From: Mytilus trossulus
Taxonomy: Eukaryota
Assembly: GCF_036588685.1 (NCBI RefSeq)
Contig: NC_086375.1
Span: 13,392,001-13,456,000, forward strand
DNA: 64,000 nucleotides
Direction: 5' to 3'
How positions within the stretch are numbered: position 1 is the stretch's first letter; each line of letters opens with the position of its first letter. This document shows positions 39,679 to 52,500 of the stretch, one piece after another. The notes under the pieces were generated by a model. The model did not search any database and had not been told where the DNA came from. It worked only from the letters and a program-made list of their open reading frames with translations. The position numbers were made by a program, and so were the translations under genes.

Positions 39679-40528
39679 AAAAAAAAAAGTAAACTTCTTT
39701 TAAATGTGGACAAATTAAAGAATTTTCTTCAGAAAAAAAGTATATGTACATAAGTTTAGTAATGAAAACTATCCATTTTGTCAAAAGAAACATATGCATC
39801 ATTTTTTTTAATTTAAGGTTTCATATGACTAACTTATTTTCATTTCTTTAAATTGTTATTATTCGTATCCGTATAATTTTACTAGTGGTAAGCTAGCCGG
39901 CGTAAACTTTTAAAAATATTCATGATATATTTTATATTTCATACGAGTAGAGTGAGAGAAAGAAAGAGAGAGAAAGGTAGAGAGAGAAATTATCTAAGAT
40001 ATAATCTTTCAAAACTTCCGAATATATTTCGACTTATGAGTTTGAATTCGAGTCCCTCTGCAGTATCTTTTCAGTCTAACTAAACATATAGAGTATAACG
40101 AAATCAGTTGTTCTATATTTTGATTAGACTGATATCTTTTGTCTCCGTCTTATCGTATCTTGTTTAAAATGGACAATCATACCACATCTTCTTTTTTACA
40201 TTACCATGAAAAAGACTATCAGTCATGAATAGACATGAAGAACGCAACACACATCATTACATATTTAAAACTCCTACTGCATGGCGAGGTTCATGTTTTT
40301 GGACGGGCACATTTATTGTAAATTAGCTATATTTGGTCTACAAAATGATTGTAAGGTGAAATGACCACATTTTCATTGTTGGGTTGACGCTAAGATACAA
40401 GTTAAAATTGATCGTAAGTTATACTGAAATGTTCAAGACTTACGAGTATTTTTCACTCTTATGTTTTTTTTGTGAAAAAGCTCCAGCATTGTACAGCATT
40501 TCAGTAATATTGTACTTTTTTCAGTAAA

Positions 40529-41017
40529 ATGGCAGAATGTTTAGGGTCTACAGAACAAAATGTTCAAGTGCGCGGAAATAATGCAGATACGACAGGGAAC
40601 CGTACTATCAATCAAAAGAGAGATAAAAAGAGGCAGATACAGCGACCTCGACCTACAAGAGTAGTATCTGTGAAGAAACGATCCCTAAATCATATGGGTT
40701 TCAAAGATCTAGAACATTGGTTAGAAGACACCAACAATATATACATTGGTAGGGACATGACCCATTATGTTCCTGGGGCTGTTGGCAGCAAATGGCAAAA
40801 TCCTTTTAAGGATGAGAAACTGGGGAAAGAGAAACGAGTAGAATTGTACGAGGAGTACATTTTGTCAGATACGAAAACGTATGACGGAAAGACACTGTTG
40901 GAATCAATAGAAGAACTTCAAGGGAAAACTTTGGGATGTTGGTGTAAGCCAGAATTCTGCCATGGTGATGTTCTTGTTCAAATATTGATGAGATCAAAAA
41001 AGAGCACACTTAACTAA
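40529..41017 (+). CDS. DUF4326 domain protein, paralog A (162 aa)
   Basis: DUF4326 motifs NIYIGR, SKWQNPF, EELQGKTLGCWCKPEFCHGDVL. Acceptor TTTTTTCAG (AG 40523-40524) lies 4 nt before ATG; AATAAA at 41094-41099. Confidence 0.85.
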   Translation: MAECLGSTEQNVQVRGNNADTTGNRTINQKRDKKRQIQRPRPTRVVSVKKRSLNHMGFKDLEHWLEDTNNIYIGRDMTHYVPGAVGSKWQNPFKDEKLGKEKRVELYEEYILSDTKTYDGKTLLESIEELQGKTLGCWCKPEFCHGDVLVQILMRSKKSTLN

Positions 41018-42867
41018 CTGCGCATGCAGTTATATCTTCTGATAGAAACAATGAAGTTCGAAGTAAAACATGTTCATTGAGATGTTCCTGTGCAATAAAT
41101 TATCATGTTTGAAGAAAAGTGTGTCTCTTAATCAAATGACAAAAAAGAGAAGAAAGAAAACATAGTGACAATGTAATATAAAAAATCTGTGAAATATTCT
41201 GGGGCTAAACAGAAAAACGATGAAACACAAACAGTACTCGGCATAACACAACATAGAAAACTCAAGCCTGAGTAATACGAACTAATACTATGTGTCAATC
41301 TGATATCATGTTCATATTATATGAATAAACAAGCATATTTCAAGTTAGAATAGACATGTATATAGCTGAATACATGATATATCTTATTTGTTTAAGGTCC
41401 ACTGTTGGTCGGTAAATATTTTCCTAAGGCTCAACTACCCAAGCTAACCAGAATCTGGATTGCTGGACTGGGGCAGCCAAAACAAAAAATGAAAAAAATC
41501 TATTATGATCGGATTTTTATCTATAAGTTCTATCAACTAAACATCTTAAATTTTTCGACATTTGACCTCAAAATTGATTTGAGTATATAAAAAGTTGGAT
41601 AAATATAAATTAGACAAATCATATGAGTAACAAGACGGGTTCTATATATCTGGAGCTGGATCTGCTTACCCTTCCGTTGGTTCAGTTGCATTGATCAGTC
41701 TGTAGTTGTTTTTTGTGTGTTTTGTACACTGTTGTTTATCTTTTGCTCGTTTTAAGTTTTCCCCCATGGCATATCCATTTATTTTTGACTTATGATTTTG
41801 AATACGAGTCCCTTTTGTATCTTTAATTTCAGTCTAACTAAAATACATAGAGTATTACGAAATCAGTATTCTATATTTTGATAAGACTGATATCTTTTGT
41901 CTCTTTTAAATTGTCTCTTGTCTAGAAAGGGCAATTGGACCATGTCTTCTTTTTTACATTACCGTGAAAAAGACTATCAAGGATCAATCATGAACACACA
42001 TAAAGAATGCAACACACATCAATATGTATTTGAAACAACCACTACATGGCTGGGTTCCTGATTTTGGACGGGGATATACAGAATATCTCCCTCTTAGTTT
42101 TTTTACCAGAATGAGTAAACGTATAAAAAATGTATAGATGCATTAGTACTGATGCTACTACTATAGAAACCTTCACACCACCAAGCAATGTCATTCAAAA
42201 TGCACTTTTCTGCAATTTCAAAAGATATCTAAAAAATTGCAATAAAAAAACCCTCACAATTAATGCATGAAATCACAAATTTTTGTTCGGTAAATTAATA
42301 TGAACAATTAATTTATCAACTAAATTATTAGCTGTAATATTAATATACTTTTCATCAATTATATAAAAAAAAATATATATACATATAAAAGAGAAGATGT
42401 GTTATGAATGCCATTGAGACTTATCTCCACAAGAGACCGAAATGGCACACAACTATAAGTCACTGTACGGATTTCAACAATGAGCAAAGCCCATACCACA
42501 TAGTCAGCTGTAAAAGGCCCAGAAATGGCAATGTAAAACTATTCAAACAAGAAAAGTAACGGCCTAATGTATGTACAAAATTCCAACAGTTATATAGCAC
42601 ACAAACAAACGACAACCACTGAATTACAGGCTCCTGATTTTGGACAAGCAAATACCAAGAGAATGTGGTGGAGTTAAACATGTTAGTGGGATCCGAGCCC
42701 TTCCCATAAGGTCGTTTCTTAACTTTTTATAACCAGTTTACGGGACGTGATTATGGTATATCGTTGTCTGTCTATCCCTCCATCTTTTTTATTTGTCTAA
42801 CACTGTTGAAGTATTAATAACTTATTTATAAAATTCTTTTATTTTTAATTTTAGAAATTTTTGAATA

Positions 42868-43335
42868 ATGGCTGACTGTGCTGCAACCAAAGACAATGTT
42901 AAACAAATACAAGCAGGTAACAGGGACAATGCAAAAGAAGAGACTAGTACTATCATAACTCAAACTGAAAGACCTCGGCCAACCTGTGTCATATCGGTCA
43001 AGAAACAATCATTGAATCATAAAGGATACAAAGACCTTCAGCACTGGTTGACAGACCCAAATAACCTATACATAGGCAGAAATATGACTCATTATGTCCC
43101 TGGAGCTGTAGGGAGCAAGTGGAAAAACCCATTCCAGGCAAAAAAACATGGGAGAGACAAGTGTATAGATATGTATAGGGATTATATAATGTCAGATACA
43201 AAATTATACGATGGAAAAACTTTATTAGACTCAATAGAAGAATTACGTAGTAAGACACTAGGGTGCTGGTGCAATCCAGAACCTTGTCATGGAGATGTTC
43301 TAGTACAGATGCTTATGAGATTGAAAAAGTATTGA
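42868..43335 (+). CDS. DUF4326 domain protein, paralog B (155 aa)
   Basis: NLYIGR, SKWKNPF, EELRSKTLGCWCNPEPCHGDVL. About 73% identical to paralog A over the 120-aa core (hand count 88/120). Acceptor TTTTAG (AG 42853-42854); AATAAA at 43512-43517. Confidence 0.85.
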   Translation: MADCAATKDNVKQIQAGNRDNAKEETSTIITQTERPRPTCVISVKKQSLNHKGYKDLQHWLTDPNNLYIGRNMTHYVPGAVGSKWKNPFQAKKHGRDKCIDMYRDYIMSDTKLYDGKTLLDSIEELRSKTLGCWCNPEPCHGDVLVQMLMRLKKY

Positions 43336-46203
43336 TTTTAAGGCAGGGAGGAGGGGGGTCAATTTTTTATGAATAATTATAACATGAGGCTTCGAAAGAG
43401 CCTCCATGCCATTTATTTCTTCTTATTGCAATCAGTTATATTTGCTTATTTGGAGATCATTTTTGAGACATTTACTAGGTCTTGTATTAAGATCTAACGT
43501 CATTAAATGGTAATAAATGCAATTAACTAGTGCAATAATTTGGCTATCAATTTTTTGTAAAATCAAACTCTTTTTTTGATTCTTTACTGTTTGAGCTAAA
43601 ACTAAAAAAAAAAAAAAAACAATGAAAAAAGAAATATCTTTAAGTGCAATACATCTTCTCTGGTGTCAATTGACACCTTTGAATATGTTGATGTATTTGT
43701 AGATCTTAATTGTTGAACATTTTTATTAAATATTGTTATTTCCTCAAAAATGTGTAAAATGGTAATTCAGGGGCAATAACTCCTAATAGAAGATAGTTGA
43801 CTATCACTGCTTCTTGACCTATCTACTTGTGGTTTCTTAACATATCTTGATGACAAACTTTAAGATCATGTTAATATAAATTAATATTCTGACTTGTATA
43901 GACACATGGTTCTATAAATAGCACAATCAGATATAAATTGAAATACATTCAAAGTTCTATTTATCCATTGGACCTTCCAACAAACAACATAAAAAACAAA
44001 TCTTTTAAAATAGTTGCTTTCTAATGGTTTTAAAATGGTGCACAGTTTTCTCAGAGATCAGCTATTAATTAAAAAAAACAAATCTTGTTTTCTAAATTGG
44101 TTTTATTGCACAAAATAAAAAAACAAACAGTTACAAAATAAATACATGTTTTTGGTGGTAAAAATAACAAAATATCACATTTATTGCACATGATATTTGC
44201 TGCAATTAATATGTTTAAATATGGTTAAGCATTTCTTAACAGGGAACATCTGTTAAACTAGTTTGATGTAAATGGGATTCAAATGGGAAGCTTATTAGTG
44301 CATACCATCTTTTAGCATTAATATCACTAATTTTCATTTACAATTGCAGCAAATTTAATTGTATTTTTATACTTTTTAAATGAAATAAAACAAAAGGTAG
44401 AGAAACATGCATTTGTTCATTTAAGCAGATGATGCAATAAACAAATATAATAAAACAATGGTTTGAGTAACTGCATACAATACTGAACAATAAAGAACAG
44501 TGTACCTGCTATTTATTTACACAAATATTTCTGTGTATAAAAGCATATAGTCATAAAATATAGCTAAAAATATCTTTTCAAAACTAACATACTTCTTTGC
44601 TTAAATCTATGTTTAATTTAAGCTGAATTGGGTATAGAAACACCAAAAAGAGAACACACAGGAAGAAAAAGTTAAAAGGGCATGTTTCATGCAGATCAAT
44701 TTTTACACATGGCTTTCAAAATATGTAAAATGAAGGTATGAAATGTTGTCTTGATATGAAATTATTGTCACTTTATTTAAATAAATCACTATAAATACAT
44801 AAAATGGTGGATTTATACAAATAAGAAAAGAATGGAGTTCTGGTTTGGAACCATGATTGTCAGAAAATTAATTAACAAAACACTTAGATAGATGTAAGAA
44901 GTATGAATGCCAATGAATTAAGTGTCCATCCAAGTCACAATGTGTAAAACACTCAGAGCATATTTGTTGCATTCAAACTAGTATCAGGTCAGGTTTGGTC
45001 ACTGATGATTTATTGTGTGGTTTAAAAATCAGTTATAACACAACAAATGCACCCTAAGTATGTGATTCACAAATAGAATTATTTGTGAGTTATCACCCCT
45101 TAAAAGGTGGTAAAATGAAATCTTACATTAATGCATCTATCAATAATAATCAGAAAATGAATATCATTAACTAATTTGAAGCTTTGACATGAACACAAAA
45201 AAAAAATATCAACACATTCAGACAGAAACTTTACAATTCAGTAAATCAAATTTTATTATAAAATTAACCAATAAGGTGGTACATAACATGACATGGAGAA
45301 AACGCTGTAAAATCACCTGAACGTTTTAATCACGTTCTATTCTTAAGGAAAAACTTAGCTTCTCAATAATCAAAATAAGTGTTTGTAAAACTGCTGTATA
45401 TCCAATGAAATTTAGCCGATAAAGTACATTATATGTGGTACTGAAATTTTTATATTTTTGTCAAATGGTGAAATTAAATATTTTGTCAAAAAACTTTCAA
45501 TATTAAACTTGCCAAATTAATTTGATTTAATGTGTTTGGTACCTACTTAAAGGAGACTGGAATTAAATACTACTAATGTATTTTTAAACTACAATTACAA
45601 TACAGAAATGTCATTTGGCAAGAAAATAGTAAGATACATTAATGATTAATTAAATCAGACTTCAACACATACATGCACAATGATAAAAGCTCTTATCTAC
45701 ACATACACATAAACACATCAATCAACAAAACAATGGTTTAGCATCAATCAAAATATAACAATTTACCGGGAAAATAACTTATCACAGAACACATTCTTGA
45801 TGTAAAATGCCTTTAATTTTGAACACCATAAATGTTACTCATACACTTTTGAAAAGGGAAAATATGTTGAATAAAAATCTTAAAATAAAATACTGCTTTT
45901 TTGCCTACTGTTTATGTTTATTATAGTCATGTGGCCAAAAAAGGATTCAGGATTATTTTCAACCACCACCACCGACTGCACTGAGCCAAATATTTTCATC
46001 CTTCTTGTCAAATGTATCTAGATTTGAGCTACAGTCTTATCACAAAAAGGATTTGCTGCAAGACATCTTACAGAGATATTTAAAGAAGGTTAAGGTGTCA
46101 ATCAATCATTTGTCATTGGCTCTGTATTTACCTATCTCTAAAACTTTATGCAGACAGAGATCGCCATTAAAAATCTCATTTCACAACATGATTTTTCCAT
46201 ATA

Positions 46204-46410
46204 CTGTAAATTCAGAAATTAATGTATGCATTTATTACTGCGATTTTATCATTTTAAGACTTAAATGCGATTTTGATTTTTACGATTTTGAGAAAAATCC
46301 TGTTAAATTTATATAAAATATTTCAAAATGCGAGTTTAAATTATTGAGTTTACAACTCAGTCGCATTTTTCGCAATAGTGAAAACCTCGCATAAATTTCT
46401 GAATTTACAG
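46204..46410. mobile_element. Tc1/mariner-type MITE, probably inside the seipin 3' UTR
   Basis: TIR CTGTAAATTCAGAAATT...AATTTCTGAATTTACAG with TA TSD; same family as 3609-3775. Confidence 0.75.
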
Positions 46411-46596
46411 TATATGATAAGGCCCTTTCGAGTGCTGGAGTCAATTACTGAAATGGACTTTATCATTCGAGCTAATATCTTATTTGGCTATGGCATTTTT
46501 TTTATCTTAGCTAACCTTATGTATAATTACAACATATTTTCTCCTTTTCTCAAAAATACAAGTTACGTAATAAGACAGGAAATACACAACTAAATA

Positions 46597-49500
46597 CTAT
46601 GAATCCTGATCTTGATCCGAATGTTTTATGTGCCTATGACGTAGGAATGAATCAGAAGTATTATCACTATCAGGTAACAGTTCTTCTGTCGTTTCTCCAC
46701 CTAAAGTCTCTGTTTCACCAAACTCGGGCAAACTTTTGGATGTAGAAAGTCTTTTATCTGTAAAAATAATTATCAATTATTGTCAATCCAAATAGAAAAC
46801 ATTATTTAACAATTTTCCTTAACAATCTACACAATCAATAATAATATGATTTAAAAAGAGTCAGTTTAGAAACTTGAAAGTCATAATTATTCTATTTTCC
46901 TAATAAAATAAATATGTGCAATATTATCTGTTAATAGTACCATATCATTTACATATATATATGAATCCAGGATTCTACTCTTAGATTTTTTAGTGAAATC
47001 ATTTCAACATATCAAATATCAGAGAATTTAGTTTTTGAACAACCATACAATTTGAATATTTTGCATTTTTCTTTTAAATCAGATATTTCATATTCAGTTG
47101 TGAAATAGTGAGCTTACACATGGGTAATGAGAGGAAGTGTGGTTTTCAATCAAGTAGAATAACTGACCATCAATCTCTAACATTGAGACAAATTTTATAC
47201 ATATTTATTAATAGTGGATTGGGAAACAAGTTATTGCAACTTATATTAATCCCTTTGCAGATGCAAGTGCTGCCTTGTAGCGGCATTACCCTGCCCTTTT
47301 TAGCTCACCGGGCCCGAAGGGCTGAGTGAGCTTTTCTCATCACTTGGCGTCCGTTGTCCGGCGTTAACTTTTACAAAAATCTTCTCCTCTGAAACTACTG
47401 GCCAAATTAAACCAAACTTTACCACAATCATCATTGATGTATCTAGTTTAAAATTTGTGTTTTTTGACCAGGCAAACCAACCAAGATGGCCGCCATGGCT
47501 AAAAATAGAACATAGGGTAAAATGCAGTTTTTGGCTTATAACTCAAAACCAAAGCATTTAGAGCAAATCTGACAGGGGTAAAATTGTTTATCAGGTCAAG
47601 ATCTTTCTGCCCTGAAATTTTCAGATGAATCAGACAACCCATTGTTGGGTTGCTGCCCCTAAATTGGTAATTTTAAAGAAATTTTAATGTTTTTGGTTAT
47701 TATCTTGAATATTATTATAGATGGAGATAAACTGTAAACAGCAATAATGTTCAGCAAAGTAAGATTTACAAATAAGTCAACATGACCAAAATGGTCAGTT
47801 GACCCCTTTAGGAGTTATTGCCCTTATTTAGTCAATTTTTAACCATTTTTCGTAAATCTTAGTTAACTTTTACAAAAAACTTCTTCTTTGAAACTACTGG
47901 GCCAAATTTTATCAAATATAGCCAGAATCATTATTAGGCTATCTAGTTTAAAATTTGTGTTTTTTGACCAGGCAAACCAACCAAGATGGCCGCCATGGCT
48001 AAAAATAGAACATTGGGTAAAATGCAGTTTTTGGCTTATAACTCAAAACCAAAGCATTTAGAGCAAATCTGACAGGGGTAAAATTGTTTATCAGGTCAAG
48101 ATCTTTCTGCCCTGAAATTTTCAGATGAATCAGACAACCCATTGTTGGGTTGCTGCCCCTAAATTGGTAATTTTAAAGAAATTTTAATGTTTTTGGTTAT
48201 TATCTTGAATATTATTATAGATGGAGATAAACTGTAAACAGCAATAATGTTCAGCAAAGTAAGATTTACAAATAAGTCAACATGACCAAAATGGTCAGTT
48301 GACCCCTTTAGGAGTTATTGCCCTTATTTAGTCAATTTTTAACCATTTTTCGTAAATCTTAGTTAACTTTTACAAAAACCTTCTTCTCTGAAACTACTGG
48401 GCCAAATTTTATCAAATATAGCCAGAATCATTATTAGGCTATCTAGTTTAAAATTTGTGTTTTTTGACCAGGCAAACCAACCAAGATGGCCGCCATGGCT
48501 AAAAATAGAACATTGGGTAAAATGCAGTTTTTGGCTTATAACTCAAAACCAAAGCATTTAGAGCAAATCTGACAGGGGTAAAATTGTTTATCAGGTCAAG
48601 ATCTTTCTGCCCTGAAATTTTCAGATGAATCAGACAACCCATTGTTGGGTTGCTGCCCCTAAATTGGTAATTTTAAAGAAATTTTAATGTTTTTGGTTAT
48701 TATCTTGAATATTATTATAGATGGAGATAAACTGTAAACAGCAATAATGTTCAGCAAAGTAAGATTTACAAATAAGTCAACATGACCAAAATGGTCAGTT
48801 GACCCCTTTAGGAGTTATTGCCCTTATTTAGTCAATTTTTAACCATTTTTCGTAAATCTTAGTTAACTTTTACAAAAACCTTCTTCTCTGAAACTACTGG
48901 GCCAAATTTTATCAAATATAGCCAGAATCATTATAAGGCTATCTAGTTTAAAATTTGTGTTTTTTGACCCGGCCAACCAACCAAGATGTCCACCATGGCT
49001 AAAAATAGAACATAGGGTAAAATGCAGTTTTTGGCTTATAACTCAAAAACCAAAGCATTTAGAGCAAATCTGACATGGGGGTAAAATTGTTTATCAGGTC
49101 AAGATCTTTCTGCCCTGAAATTTTCAGATGAATCAGACAACCCATTGTTGGGTTGCTGCCCCTAAATTGGTAATTTTAAAGAAATTTTACTGTTTTTGGT
49201 TATTATCTTGAATATTATTATAGATGGAGATAAACTGTAAACAGCAATAATGTTCAGCAAAGTAAGATTTACAAATAAGTCAACATGATCAGTTGACCCC
49301 TTTAGGAGTTATTGCCCTTTATAGTCAATTTTTAACCATTTTTCGTAAATCTTAGTTAACTTTTACAAAAAACTTCTTCTCTGAAACAACTGGGCCAAAT
49401 TTTATCAAATATAGCCAGAATCATTATTAGGCTATCTAGTTTAAAATTTGTTTTTTGTGACCAGGCAAACCAACCAAGATGGCCGCTACGGCTAAAAATA

Positions 49501-52500
49501 GAACATAGGGGTTAAAATGCAGTTTTTGGCTTATAACTCAAAAACCAAAGCATTAAGAGCAAATCTGTCAGGGGTAAAATTGTTTATCAGGTCAAGATCT
49601 ATCTGCCCTGAAATTTTAAGATGAATCAGAGAACCCATTGTTGGGTTGCTGCCCCTAAATTGGTAATTTTAAGGAAATTTTACTGTTTTTGGTTATTATC
49701 TTGAATATTATTATAGATAGAGATAAACTGTATACAGTAATAATGTACAGCAATTTAAGACTCAAAAATAAGTCAAAATGACCAAAATGGTCAATTGACC
49801 CCCTAAGAAGTTATTGTCCTTTACAATCAATTTTTAACAATTTTCATAAAATTTGTAAATTTTTACTAACATTTTCCACTGAAACTACACGGACAAGTTC
49901 ATTATAGATAGAGATAATTGTAAGCAGCAAGAATGTTCAGTAAAGTACAAACTCAGCACAATCACCTAAACACAATTTTGTCATGAACTGTCTGCTTCCT
50001 TTGTTTAATTCACATATATACCAAGGTGAGCGACACAGGCTCTTTAGAGCCTCTAGTTTGAAATATACAAGGCTGTCATTTATACGCAAGAGATATGGCT
50101 CTCTCTTAACACAAGTCAGCCATTTATCATCCCCTTTCGATGGGCTATTATAGTTTCTCAAGACCATACTTGCAAATGGTGTCCAGGGACTAATTTTTCA
50201 TTACCTTCTTTTTCTTTGTCCATCATTTTCCGTATTCTTTTTCTTCTTTCTTCCAATGATTCAAAATCATCATCATATGAATTGTATTCACTGCTGTTAG
50301 ATTTTTTTGTTGACAAGCACTGATACCATGACAACAAGGCAATAAACAACAACATAACTAAATTACAGGAGATTCCAAACAGAGCAGACATCATTGGCCA
50401 GTGATAAAGAAAATACCTATAATATAAAGCATATAATACAATAACAACAAATCTATAAATAGAGTATAAATAAATGAAGAATTTGTTCATGGGACACAGA
50501 TGATGCTCAAGCTTTTATATGATGTTATAAAGGGACATAACTCTAGAATGGTGATGCCAACCAAATTTATTTGATCTGTGTTTTGTGGCTTTAAGGATTA
50601 TCTATAACTTAAGTTTTGTAACATTCGGTCGGGGCAAACTAAAGTTGACCCACTTGCACTTTCATTTTCTATGTTCAGTGGATCATGAAAATGGGATAAA
50701 AAATTAAATGATCTCTAATCTAGCATTAAAATTAGAAAGAGCATATCATATAGAATATGTGTACTAAAATTCGAGTTACTTTGACTTTTTAACTTAATAA
50801 AAAAATACCTTCATCAAAAACTTTAATTTGAAGCGGGACAGGCAGATGCACAGATTGTAAAATATAATGCCACTAGGTGGGAGATAAAAAAATGTTTGAT
50901 GTATTATTTCCTATATCTATACCTTACCTCAGCCCTGTAAATTTAGCATACATCTTAAGTACCATTGTATACAACTGGACATGTAGATTCTGAATTTCTA
51001 CTATAATACCAACAGCTGGATTGTACTGTAAGTATAGAATAATATACATTAAATTTTGTATCCCTGTACACCATATACTGGTAGCTGGCATTCAATTACA
51101 GAATTCCATAAAAGGAATTATGTAATAATTTACAGAACACCATAGTCCAATAGGCACAAATAAACAAATAAAATATTTTTTCTTAAAAAATATTAAATAT
51201 TCATGGCAATTTATTTTTTTGGTAAAAAATTCAAAAATTTCAATTTTTAAAGATGAAAACATTTAAAGCGTCTTGCACAAGTCAGGAGCCAGTAATTTGA
51301 TAGGTTTTGTTTGATGTTGTGTTACATATTTGTTTTTCCTTCAATATTTTGTACATAATTTAGGCTGTAAGTTTTCTCATTTGAATTGTTTTACAGTTGT
51401 CATTTCGGGACCTTTTCTAGCTGACTATGGATAATGCCGTATGGAATTTGCTCATTGCTGAAGGCTGTACAGTGACCTATAATTCTTTATTTCTGTCATT
51501 TGGTCACAGTGGTGGAGAGTTGTCTCATTGGTAATCATATCACATCTTCGTTGGTATATATAGTTGTATATTCATGCTTTGATTGTTTTAATCTAATGTA
51601 ATGATTTTTTTCATAAAACTGCAAAATGCTAGTATAAAAAAGAAGATTTGGTATTAGACCCATAACTTACTGCATCATCCACATAATTAGAGAAGAATTC
51701 TATCGTCAACATCTGCTTCTGTTCTACAAAACCTGACAATAACAGAGGAGAGAAGACAAAGGTATCCAGGACTCGTAATAACTCAGATCTGTAGTGAAGC
51801 ATGGTCTGTAAGGAGAAGAAACAAAATAGTAACATATATTGCGATGTTTTTATTATTGCGAAAAATGCTCCAGGGTTATCATCTCAATAATTAAAACTCG
51901 CATTTAGAAATTTATTATATGAATCAAACAGGATTTTTCTCAATAATGCAAAACTTAATCCAATTTTAGTCTAAAATGATAAAATCGCAATAATAAATGC
52001 AAGCAATAATTTCTGAATTTACAGTAGCTGTATTATTGCATTAAAAAGTTTGTCTTACTACAGAGATAATATATATTTACAATAGATTAACACACAATTG
52101 ATTTTTTTGAGTTTATACATTTTCTGCTCCCATTATTCTTAAAAAATAAATAAATAGCAGCTATCTAATTAAAATTACTTTAAATAATCTAATTACAAAA
52201 AGAAACTCCGACATGATGATATGATATGATCCTGAAATCTTATCTAAAGGAAATTTTGATTGTCAACAGTTAAATGTTGTTTGAAAAACTTATGTAGTAA
52301 CTCTATTAGGTACTACACGTATATGACTATATGATTATTCTGGTTTTTTTTAAATGAATGCATTCTCTTCTTTTATAGAAAATTTAGTAGGAGTTAAAAA
52401 AACAAATCTGAGTAGACATTTCCATATACATGTACTTATCTTCCTCTCTATTTGTTATCATTAGACATTAGCCATCAAATGTCAATTTTTGTGGTATTAA

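Noticed and set aside
50170-50204. Alternative seipin donor (CAA|GTATGG) extending exon 7
   Set aside because: It gives phase 0, which is incompatible with the phase-1 last exon encoding the LRHR tail; the donor at 50203-50204 fits.
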